Assembly (NCBI GenBank): GCA_965248925.1
Contig: CBDFLE010000006.1
Coordinates: 3,401,040 to 3,465,039, forward strand
Direction of reading: 5' to 3'
DNA: 64,000 nucleotides
From: Candidatus Multivoradales bacterium
Lineage (GTDB): Bacteria; Acidobacteriota; Thermoanaerobaculia; Multivoradales; J023
Shown: in pieces, positions 1-8,420 of the stretch
Layout: each line of letters begins with the position of its first letter
Position numbering within the stretch: position 1 is the stretch's first letter
Notes under the pieces: model-generated
What the model saw: only the letters and a program-made list of their open reading frames with translations
The model's database searches: none
What the model was told of the DNA's origin: nothing
Made by a program: the position numbers and the translations under genes

Positions 1-2
1 AC

Positions 3-188
3 ACCTATTTGAGTGCCTTGGTGAGTGCGCCGGGGGATGGCCATGCCGCTCAGGCCAGCCAAGTGTGGCTGTCACCGCAGGAGCTGGCGGTATTGCACGA
101 TCAACCCTTCCACATTCTCGGTGAGCACTTCGAGATGATCCTTGATCGGGGCACCCATCGCCGGCTGCTCGATTTCTTGCTGGAATGA
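3..188 (+). CDS. 3' end (C-terminal ~61 codons) of a gene that starts upstream of the window; product unknown
   Basis: Frame 0 is open from the window edge to TGA at 186-188 (…LSPQELAVLHDQPFHILGEHFEMILDRGTHRRLLDFLLE*). GC-rich third positions. The stop overlaps ATG 185 of the next ORF. No domain recognised. Confidence 0.3.
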   Translation, partial: TYLSALVSAPGDGHAAQASQVWLSPQELAVLHDQPFHILGEHFEMILDRGTHRRLLDFLLE

Positions 189-223
189 CAGCGGGCGGGC
201 CTGACGGTGATTGTGAGACTGCA

Positions 224-649
224 ATGAACAGGACTTCTTTAACCATCGTAGGTTCGCTATTGGCGGCCGCAGTCGGCTTGCAGGGCTGCGCACCAGGCCC
301 ATCGCCCAGCGAGTCGCTGGCGATATCCGAGGCTTTTCTGGACCAGATTGCCGCTGAATTTGGGCCGTTTCCGATAGCTATCGACGAAGAAGTCGAGATG
401 GTGGCGGTAGATGGCCGGCCGGCGATGCTGGTCTACAACTATCGGCTGGTCGACATGGAGGCTTCTGAGATCGATGCTAACGCCCTGATTCAATGGACAC
501 AGCCGGCTGTGGTCTTGGAGGTCTGTGGTGCGTCGGAAACCCGTGACAACCTGTTGCACAAGGGTGTCACCTTGCGCTACATCTACCATGACAAGAATCT
601 GAAGCCGGTCGCTTCTTTCGATGTAACTGAGGCCACTTGCGGGCTTTAG
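224..649 (+). CDS. hypothetical lipoprotein
   Basis: MNRTSLTIVGSLLAAAVGLQGC: signal peptide with lipobox L-Q-G-C. Start chosen at ATG 224; ATG 185 is an alternative. Confidence 0.55.
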   Translation: MNRTSLTIVGSLLAAAVGLQGCAPGPSPSESLAISEAFLDQIAAEFGPFPIAIDEEVEMVAVDGRPAMLVYNYRLVDMEASEIDANALIQWTQPAVVLEVCGASETRDNLLHKGVTLRYIYHDKNLKPVASFDVTEATCGL

Positions 650-681
650 TGTTCCCTCCTCAGATCAAGTGTCTAACCGTG

Positions 682-2061
682 ATGAACTATGCAGCTGATG
701 TAGAACCCCAAGAATCTGACACTGCCGTGCCAGGCATCACCACACCGGCAGCGACGCCGGTCCCGGCCGAAGTGCTGCCGGTAGACCTCGGCGAGCGTAA
801 GGGTTCGATCGACTTGCTGCGCGGAGTCGCCCTCTGCGGCATCTTGTTGATGAATATTTATGCCTTTTCGATGCCCTTTCAGGCCTACGACAACCCGCCG
901 ATCTACGGTGGTACCGGTGCGCTCGACATCGGCACTTGGTTGTTCAATCACCTCTTCTCAGAACTCAAATTCATGACCATATTCTCGGCCCTCTTCGGCG
1001 CCGGCATGGTGTTAATGGCCGAACGAGCGGCGGCGCTTGGTCGCCGCTTTGCCGGAGTCTGGTATCGCCGTCAAGCATTGTTGATGTTGATCGGCATGAT
1101 GCACGGCTACTTGCTGTGGTTTGGCGACATCCTGTTTCACTATGGCTTGTGCGGCATGTTGCTCTATCCCTTGCGCCGCGCTTCGGCGAAGAATTTGATC
1201 ACTCTCGGCTTGGTGACTCTATCGGTGGCACCATTGCTCAACACCGGCATCGGCTTAGCGATGGGCTATGTCCGGAATCAAGGGAAGGCTGTAGAAGCGC
1301 GCGCGGAGGCGGGCCTTGAATTGGACGCTGAAGAGCAGCTGACCCTTGAGCGTTGGCGCGAGATGGCGATCTTTCTCCAGCCGGATGCGGCGGAGATCGA
1401 GCGTTCGGTCGAGGTTCATCACGGCGGTTGGTGGGGGATTGCCAAGGAACGCTCGGAGCTGGTGTTAACCATGCAGACCTTCATCACTCTGACCTTGATC
1501 CTGTGGCGGGCCACTGGTGTCATGTTGATCGGCATGGGGCTGATGAAACTCGGTATTTTGTCGGCCGAGCGTTCGCGCCTCTTTTATGGCCGGGCGATGT
1601 TGTGGGGTTATGGCCTGGGCCTGCCGCTGGTGGCGATCGGTGCTTGGGACCATTGGTCGCACAATTTTGACAGCTTGCGCCTGATGGCAGTTGGCGCTCA
1701 TTTCAACTATTACGGCAGCCTCGGAGTGGCGCTCGGGCATGTCGGGTTGGTGATGCTCTTCTGGCAGAGTGGAGTCGCCATCTGGTTGCGCCGCCGCCTC
1801 CAAGCGGTGGGCCGCATGGCGTTTACCAACTACTTGATGCAGACCGTGGTGTGCACCACGCTGTTCTATGGCTACGGTTTCGATCTTTTTGGTCGCTTCA
1901 GCCGTTTCGAGCAGATGGGCTTCGTGCTCGGGGTGTGGCTGCTGCAACTGCTGTGGAGCCCCTGGTGGCTGGCGCGTTTCCGCTTCGGTCCAGCGGAGTG
2001 GGCCTGGCGCTCACTGACCTATCGCCAGCGGCAGCCGATGTTGCGCGAGAGGGCCGGCTGA
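682..2061 (+). CDS. DUF418/YeiB-like polytopic membrane protein
   Basis: Motif 'ERKGSIDLLRGVALCGILLMNIYAF' is typical of the DUF418 N-terminus, followed by ~10 hydrophobic segments. Start ambiguous between 637 and 682. Confidence 0.65.
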   Translation: MNYAADVEPQESDTAVPGITTPAATPVPAEVLPVDLGERKGSIDLLRGVALCGILLMNIYAFSMPFQAYDNPPIYGGTGALDIGTWLFNHLFSELKFMTIFSALFGAGMVLMAERAAALGRRFAGVWYRRQALLMLIGMMHGYLLWFGDILFHYGLCGMLLYPLRRASAKNLITLGLVTLSVAPLLNTGIGLAMGYVRNQGKAVEARAEAGLELDAEEQLTLERWREMAIFLQPDAAEIERSVEVHHGGWWGIAKERSELVLTMQTFITLTLILWRATGVMLIGMGLMKLGILSAERSRLFYGRAMLWGYGLGLPLVAIGAWDHWSHNFDSLRLMAVGAHFNYYGSLGVALGHVGLVMLFWQSGVAIWLRRRLQAVGRMAFTNYLMQTVVCTTLFYGYGFDLFGRFSRFEQMGFVLGVWLLQLLWSPWWLARFRFGPAEWAWRSLTYRQRQPMLRERAG

Positions 2062-2161
2062 GCAGCGCGAGCAGCTCTTCCCCGTCCCGCAGGGACGTTA
2101 TCGTCAACCCCTCGCTGAGCAGGCCGAAGTCCACCATCGTCTCAGTTGGTGTCGACTGCGA

Positions 2162-2407
2162 TCACCCGCCATGGCCCTCGTAGATCATTGCCCTAATCGT
2201 GTCCCAATCGCCTTCGTGAATGTCCGGCTGCAGGCCATCGCCGCTGCAGCTAGCATCGCGCAAGTGGAACGCTGGCGTATGCCTACGCGATTGTACGACG
2301 AGGCGCAAGCCCTCTTCGATCAACGTGCGTAGAGTCGTCTGGTCGCGATTCGCGATTTGTTTCGCGGTAGCGAGCAGCGGGTCGGAGATCTCTACGGTCG
2401 TCTTCAT
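2162..2407 (-). CDS. ribbon-helix-helix antitoxin-like protein (VapB/PSK-like); orphan, no PIN toxin adjacent
   Basis: MKTTVEISDPLLATAKQIANRDQTTLRTLIEEGLRLVV resembles RHH antitoxins of the Rv0623/PSK type. The C-terminal 'IYEGHGG' is reminiscent of the GYDERG tail. Convergent with the DUF418 gene. Confidence 0.35.
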   Translation of the reverse strand: MKTTVEISDPLLATAKQIANRDQTTLRTLIEEGLRLVVQSRRHTPAFHLRDASCSGDGLQPDIHEGDWDTIRAMIYEGHGG

Positions 2408-2645
2408 ATGGGTAACCATATCATTGGACCCGTAGACGAATAGACTAGGTGGAATCTAGACCCGATCGTTGCATCAGATCGCCCCTCAGACGGCGGGTTT
2501 GAGCACCCAAAGTTAACCCAGGAACTAAGAGTCCCTCCGAAGGGCTTGCCTTTCACTCCGTCTGCCCCGGCTCTGTCACAATTCGCCTTCAGATCCGCAT
2601 CAGCGGGTCATCACTGCTCTGCTCTGGCCTGCTCTACTGGAAATC

Positions 2646-5600
2646 ATGAAACGAGATACCACCCAAGCCCCCCTAGGACGTCTGGCGGCGTCCAACTCCC
2701 ACCTGCGGCCGCGATTTCTGTTCACCTGTGGCCTGCTATTGGTCCTCGCCCCTGGCTTGCTGGCGGCGCCTGGGCCTGAGTTGCAGATCTTGTCGATCAC
2801 CCCCAGTGGCGACGATGTGCCGGCGGAGCGGCAGATCGTCGTCCAGTTCGACCGGCCGATGGTGCCGCTGGGGCGGATGGAGCGGGATAGCAGTGAGGTG
2901 CCGATCGAGATCTCCCCGGCGCTCGACTGTGAGTGGCGCTGGCTGAACAACGCTGCCCTCTCTTGCCGGCTGCAGGAGAACGGTGCTTTGGTACCGGCGA
3001 CTCGCTACCGGCTGGTAGTGGCGCCGACTCTGGAGGCGCTCGATGGAGCGCGGTTGGCAGCGCCTCAGGAGCACCGCTTCTCGACCCGGCGGCCGCGGGT
3101 GGTGCGGGCTCGGTTTCTCACCTGGGAGGGGCCGGGTAGCCCGTCGATGCAGCTGACTTTTAACCATCCACCGGACAGCGCTGCGGTGGCCGAGCATGTC
3201 TATTTCAGCTTTGGCAACGGTAGGCGGGTGGCGGCTCGGGTGGAGCTGCGGCAGCCTGACAGTGATCCGACCCAGGATCGCTACCGGGTGCTCAGGCCAG
3301 TCGAGGTGCTACCCCTCGATCACCAGGTGCGGCTGCGGGTCGAGCCTGGTTTGCGTTCTTGGGCCGGCCCCGAGCCAGGGGTCGAGGATCGGGTGGTGGT
3401 CGAATTCTCGACTTTTCCAGCAGCTCGGTTTCTTGGGGTTCGTTGTCGCGATAATCAACTGCGGGATATCGGCTGGGGGCGGGCCGCGGGCGTTTGCAAC
3501 CCGCTCGAGGATGTGCGGCTGGTGTTTTCTTCGCCGATGCTGGTCGATGCCTTGCGCGACCAGCTGCTGATCGAGCCCGACCTGGCCGGCGAGCGGGAGG
3601 ACTATGACCCGTGGGAGAAAGTCTATCGCTACTCGCGGCTGCGCGGCCCCCGGCATGCGGGGCAGGTCTACGAGTACAGCCTGCCAGAGGTGCTGCGGGC
3701 GCGCTCGATCTATCGGCTACGAGGCTCGGCCGAGGCTTTGCGCGATGAGTTCGGGCGCCCGCTGGTGAGCGATTTCGACCACCGCTTCGAGACTTCGGAT
3801 CGGCCGCCGCGGTTTGTTCTCACCCACCCCCTGTCGGTGCTTGAACGGCAGGTCGAAACCCATGTGCCGGTGGTGGTGACCAACCTCGAACAGCTGTCGC
3901 TGGCGGTTCACGGCGTCACCCCGCGCGGTGCGGTCGATCGTACGTTCAAGATTTCGGTGGCCGATGCTCAGAACGTCGCTTTCGCCATGCCGCTGCCGGT
4001 GCGCGAGTGGCTCGATGACGATTCGGGCGCGGTGTTTGCGACCCTCAGCTCGGTACCTGGAGTGAAGGGCTCGGCACGGCATTTCTTTTCACAGGTCACC
4101 CCTTTCTCGGTGCACGCCAAGATCGGCTATCACAACTCTCTGATTTGGGTGACGGATCTGGCCACCGGTCTGCCAGTGGAAGGGGCCAAGGTGCGGATCT
4201 TTGCCGCCGGCACCGAGCAGATGCCGGCAGCGCCGGTAAGCCGCAGCGAAGCGTTGACCGGAGTCGCTGGCTTGGCCTGGCTCGATGGCACCGACAAGCT
4301 CGATCCGAAGCAGGGTCTCAACGGCTATCTGCGCCTGCCTCACGGATTTGATTCCCGGCCTCTGCTGTGGGTGCGGGTCGATCACCAAGGGGAAATGGCC
4401 TTGCTGCCAGTGGACGGGGAGTTCGCGGTGCGGGCCCTGGGCCATGGCGATAGCTGGATTCCCAGTTGGCAACGGCCGCAGTACGGACACGTTCGCGCCT
4501 GGGGGACTACCGCCCAGGGGGTCTACCGGTTGGGCGACAACTTGCAATTCAAGATCTGGGTGCGCGACCAGGGCAATCTGCGGCTGGTGCCGCCTCCGGC
4601 CACCATCTACAGCCTGCGTATCGTCGATCCGACCGGCAAAGAGGTACATCGGGTCGACGACATCGAGCTCAGTGCTTTCGGCGGACTCGACGGTGAATTC
4701 CGCTTGCCCGAGAATGCCGCCGTGGGCTGGTATGACTTCGAGCTGCAGGCGGCTGCCTTGCCTGACTCGCTCTTTCCACTACGGGTATTGGTGGCTGATT
4801 TCACTCCGGCGCCGTTCCGGGTCAGCTCGGACTTGAATGGCGAGCTGTTCCGCGCTGGCGATCAACTCGAGGTTGCCACTCGGGCTCGGCTGCACTCCGG
4901 CGGGCCTTATCTGGAAGCGCAAACCCGAGTCACCCTGGCCTTGGCCACCTCGCCTCTGCCGTTGGCCACGGCGGCTCAGGGCTTTACTTTCGCCACCGGC
5001 CATCAAAGGCGCCGCACTTTGCACCAACGGGCTGGCACCCTCGATGATCGCGGCGATCTGCTACAACAATTCACTATTCCCGAGAGTGACGTGGTCCACG
5101 GTCGTCTGACGGTGGAGAGCGCGGTGCGAGATGACCGTGGCAAGTACGTTGTCGGCCGCAGCTCAGCGCGTTTTGTCGGTCGCGATCGCTACGTCGGTAT
5201 CCGTCTGCAGGATTGGATTCTCAAAGGTGGTCAGGTGGCCGAGGTGCTGGCTTTGGTGGTCGACGAACACGGCCAGCCAGTGGCCGGTAGCGAGGTGACG
5301 ACCCAGGTGCAGTATCGGCAGACCACCGCTTCGCGGGTGAAGGGAGCTGGCAATGCTTACCTGACCCGCTACCACCACGCCTGGGTCGAGGTGGCGAACT
5401 GCCGGATGACCGCGGCTGAAGACCCGGTCAGCTGTCGTTTCACCCCTGAGAAGGCGGGCCTCTACCGCCTCACCCAGAGCATTTATGATCGTCAAGGGCG
5501 GCGTCATTCGAGTACGACGACGCGTTGGGCAAGCGGTGCCGGGCAGGTGATTTGGGAGGCGCCAGCGGGGCACCAGATGTCGATCATCGCCGATCGCCAA

Positions 5601-8420
5601 GACTATAAGGTGGGTGATACCGCCCGTTTCCTGGTGCAGAATCCCTTTCCTGGCGCCCAAGCTTTGGTTACCGTCGAGCGTCTCGGGGTGCAAGACAGCT
5701 GGACCAAGGTGCTGGAGCGATCGGCCGAGGTTATCGAGTTGCCGATCACCGCCGATCACCTGCCGGGGTTCTACTTCTCGGTGGTGGTCAGCTCACCGCG
5801 GGTCGAGGCGCCGTTGGGGGCCGGTGAGGTCGATCTCGGCAAGCCGGCTTTCCGCATGGGCTACGCCCGCATCGAGGTGCGCGATCCAGCCAAGGAGATC
5901 GCCGTCGAGGTGCGTCCTGAGCGCCCACTCTATCGGCCGCGAGAAAAGGTGCGGGTGGAACTCATCGCCCAGCCCCGCATTCCCTTCACCGAAGAGCCCG
6001 CGCCGGCGATCGAACTGGCGGTGGCGGTGCTTGATGAGGCGGTGTTCGACCTGATTGCCAGCGGCAGTAAGTACTTCGATCCCTACGCCGGTTTCTACCA
6101 GCTCGACCCCCTCGATCTGGCCAACTACAACCTGCTGACCCGGCTGGTGGGGATTCAGAAATTCGAGAAGAAGGGTGCCAATGCCGGCGGCGGGGGCGGG
6201 GGCGCCGACCTGCGTTCGCTATTTGAATTCGTCAGTTATTGGAATCCGTCGATCGAAGCCGACGCCCGAGGCCGGGCGACCATCGAGTTCGAGGTGCCCG
6301 ACAACCTCACCGGCTGGCGGGTGCTGGCGATGGCGGTCACTCCGGGCGATCGGATGGGGCTGGGGGAAGGACAATTCGCGGTCAATCTGCCGATCGAGCT
6401 GCGCCCCACCCTGCCTAACCAGGTGGTAGAGGGAGACACCTTCGAGGCCAGCTTCACGGTGATGAATCGAACTGACACGGCCCAGCGTCTGCATCTCAAG
6501 GCGACCGTCGAGGGACCTGCGGAATCTGCCGGTATCGTCGACTTGCAGCTTGATGCGCCGCCTTACAAACGCCTACCGGTGAGTTTTCCGGTGCAGGCGA
6601 CTGGCGTTGGTGAAATTGTGCTCGAGGTCGTGGCTAGCGGCGGTGGCGAGCGTGACAGCTTGCGCTTGCGCTTGCCGGTGGGTCGGCGGATGGCGCTCGA
6701 GACCGCCGCCACCTATGGCACCACCACCGACTCGACGGTCAGCGAGCAGGTGGCTTTCCCAGTGTCCATGCGCAGCGATGTTGGATCTCTCAGCCTGGTT
6801 GCCGGTCCGGCGGTTATCGGTGGTCTCGACAGTGCCTTCAGCTACCTGCGCGACTATCCCTACAGCTGTTGGGAGCAACGCCTGACCAAAGCGGTGATGG
6901 CGATGCACTTCGCCGAGCTACGTTCGTACCTGGCCGAGGACGCTTCGTGGCCGGGGCATCAGCAGCTACCGCGCCGCACCTTGGAGTGGGCGACCAACTT
7001 TCAAGCGCCGAACGGTGGCATGGTTTATTACGTGCCCAAGGATCGCTACGTTAGTCCCTATCTATCGGCCTACACCGGGTTGGCTTTCGCTTGGTTGGCC
7101 AAGGCCGGCCATCCGCTGCCCCAAGGGGTGGTCGAGCGTCTCGATGCCTATCTCGAGCGTCTCTTACGCCGCGATGTGCTGCCCGGTTTTTACAGTGAGG
7201 GGATGGCTTCTAGTGTGCGCGCGGTGGCGCTGGCGGTGTTGGCCGAGCGCGGCAAGATTACCGCCGCTGACCTGCAACGCTACCGCCGTCATCTGCCGCA
7301 GATGAGCCTGTTCGGCAAGGCGCATTATTTGCTCGCTGCCCACAAGCTCGGGGGCAACGCGGAACTCGAAAATGAGGTCCGCAACGCCATCCTCGCCCAC
7401 AGCGATCAGACGGGTGGCAAGATAGTGTTCGCTGAAGCCGTCGACACCCGTTACCAGCGCATCTTACACTCCGCCGGGCGCACCCACTGTGCTGTGCTGA
7501 GCGCGCTGGTACAGCAGCAAGGCGAGGCGCCTGGCGGTACGGGAATCGGTGATATGCCCTTCCGCTTGACCCGCTGGATCTCGCAGCAGAGGCAGCGCCG
7601 AGATCGTTGGGAAAACACCCAGGAGAACGTCTTCTGCACCCGTGCTCTGAGCGACTACAGCCAGGTCTACGAGGATGTCGAGCCACGGATGAAGGTGACG
7701 GTCGAGTTCGATGGCGAGAGACTCGGCAAGATGCGTTTCGATGACTTGCGCGATGCTCAGCAGCAGGTCGAACGGCCACTGCGCGCTGGTGACGCGGGTA
7801 GCCAGGCGAGCCTGCTGATCAAGAAGCGGGGGCCGGGGCGCTTGTACTACGCCGCCCGCTTGGCCTATTCGCCGGCCGAATTGAAGCCAGAGCCGATCGA
7901 CGCCGGTTTGGTGGTGCGGCGCGAATACAGTGTCGAGCGCGACGCCAAGTGGCACTTGCTCAGCGACCCAATGCGGGTTCGTCGCGGCGAGTTGCTGCGG
8001 GTCGATCTTTACTTGTCGCTGCCAGCGGCGCGAAATTTCGTGGTCGTCGACGACCCAATTCCGGGGGGATTGGAACCGGTCAACACCGACTTGGCGACTT
8101 CTTCCACCGTCGATGCTGCCAAAGCAAACTATCGCCGGAGCGACGCTTCCTGGTGGTTCACGCAGAACAATTGGTACGGCTTCGGCTACTCGCGGTGGAG
8201 CTTCTACCACTCCGAACTACGCCATCACGCGGCGCGTTTCTACTCGGACTACCTGCCGGCTGGCAATTACCACCTGTCCTACGTCGCGCAGGCGATCGCA
8301 TCAGGTGAGTTTCAGGCTTTGCCCACCCATGCCGAGGAGATGTACGACCCCGATGTCTTCGGTCAGGGGGTGCCGGCGCGGTTGCTGGTCGCGCCTGCTG
8401 ACGGGGAGGTGTCGCCGTGA
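2646..8420 (+). CDS. yfhM: bacterial alpha-2-macroglobulin family protein (YfhM/ECAM-like), thioester motif intact
   Basis: 1924 aa with an N-terminal signal peptide. 'YPYSCWEQ' matches the CxEQ thioester site of ECAM (CLEQ). Sits immediately upstream of pbpC with an ATGA start/stop overlap, as in the E. coli yfhM-pbpC operon. Confidence 0.85.
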   Translation: MKRDTTQAPLGRLAASNSHLRPRFLFTCGLLLVLAPGLLAAPGPELQILSITPSGDDVPAERQIVVQFDRPMVPLGRMERDSSEVPIEISPALDCEWRWLNNAALSCRLQENGALVPATRYRLVVAPTLEALDGARLAAPQEHRFSTRRPRVVRARFLTWEGPGSPSMQLTFNHPPDSAAVAEHVYFSFGNGRRVAARVELRQPDSDPTQDRYRVLRPVEVLPLDHQVRLRVEPGLRSWAGPEPGVEDRVVVEFSTFPAARFLGVRCRDNQLRDIGWGRAAGVCNPLEDVRLVFSSPMLVDALRDQLLIEPDLAGEREDYDPWEKVYRYSRLRGPRHAGQVYEYSLPEVLRARSIYRLRGSAEALRDEFGRPLVSDFDHRFETSDRPPRFVLTHPLSVLERQVETHVPVVVTNLEQLSLAVHGVTPRGAVDRTFKISVADAQNVAFAMPLPVREWLDDDSGAVFATLSSVPGVKGSARHFFSQVTPFSVHAKIGYHNSLIWVTDLATGLPVEGAKVRIFAAGTEQMPAAPVSRSEALTGVAGLAWLDGTDKLDPKQGLNGYLRLPHGFDSRPLLWVRVDHQGEMALLPVDGEFAVRALGHGDSWIPSWQRPQYGHVRAWGTTAQGVYRLGDNLQFKIWVRDQGNLRLVPPPATIYSLRIVDPTGKEVHRVDDIELSAFGGLDGEFRLPENAAVGWYDFELQAAALPDSLFPLRVLVADFTPAPFRVSSDLNGELFRAGDQLEVATRARLHSGGPYLEAQTRVTLALATSPLPLATAAQGFTFATGHQRRRTLHQRAGTLDDRGDLLQQFTIPESDVVHGRLTVESAVRDDRGKYVVGRSSARFVGRDRYVGIRLQDWILKGGQVAEVLALVVDEHGQPVAGSEVTTQVQYRQTTASRVKGAGNAYLTRYHHAWVEVANCRMTAAEDPVSCRFTPEKAGLYRLTQSIYDRQGRRHSSTTTRWASGAGQVIWEAPAGHQMSIIADRQDYKVGDTARFLVQNPFPGAQALVTVERLGVQDSWTKVLERSAEVIELPITADHLPGFYFSVVVSSPRVEAPLGAGEVDLGKPAFRMGYARIEVRDPAKEIAVEVRPERPLYRPREKVRVELIAQPRIPFTEEPAPAIELAVAVLDEAVFDLIASGSKYFDPYAGFYQLDPLDLANYNLLTRLVGIQKFEKKGANAGGGGGGADLRSLFEFVSYWNPSIEADARGRATIEFEVPDNLTGWRVLAMAVTPGDRMGLGEGQFAVNLPIELRPTLPNQVVEGDTFEASFTVMNRTDTAQRLHLKATVEGPAESAGIVDLQLDAPPYKRLPVSFPVQATGVGEIVLEVVASGGGERDSLRLRLPVGRRMALETAATYGTTTDSTVSEQVAFPVSMRSDVGSLSLVAGPAVIGGLDSAFSYLRDYPYSCWEQRLTKAVMAMHFAELRSYLAEDASWPGHQQLPRRTLEWATNFQAPNGGMVYYVPKDRYVSPYLSAYTGLAFAWLAKAGHPLPQGVVERLDAYLERLLRRDVLPGFYSEGMASSVRAVALAVLAERGKITAADLQRYRRHLPQMSLFGKAHYLLAAHKLGGNAELENEVRNAILAHSDQTGGKIVFAEAVDTRYQRILHSAGRTHCAVLSALVQQQGEAPGGTGIGDMPFRLTRWISQQRQRRDRWENTQENVFCTRALSDYSQVYEDVEPRMKVTVEFDGERLGKMRFDDLRDAQQQVERPLRAGDAGSQASLLIKKRGPGRLYYAARLAYSPAELKPEPIDAGLVVRREYSVERDAKWHLLSDPMRVRRGELLRVDLYLSLPAARNFVVVDDPIPGGLEPVNTDLATSSTVDAAKANYRRSDASWWFTQNNWYGFGYSRWSFYHSELRHHAARFYSDYLPAGNYHLSYVAQAIASGEFQALPTHAEEMYDPDVFGQGVPARLLVAPADGEVSP

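Noticed and set aside
6178-6202. G5-C-G5 homopolymeric tract inside the A2M gene, as a phase-variation site
   Set aside because: It encodes a Gly-rich linker in frame and is interrupted by other bases (no long uninterrupted homopolymer). There is no evidence of slippage.
7464-8210. 248-aa minus-strand ORF (and several others of 100-250 aa) antisense to the A2M and PbpC genes
   Set aside because: They sit antisense to CDSs that have strong motif support. Their Arg/Pro/Ala-rich composition is typical of open antisense frames in high-GC DNA, and none has an RBS.
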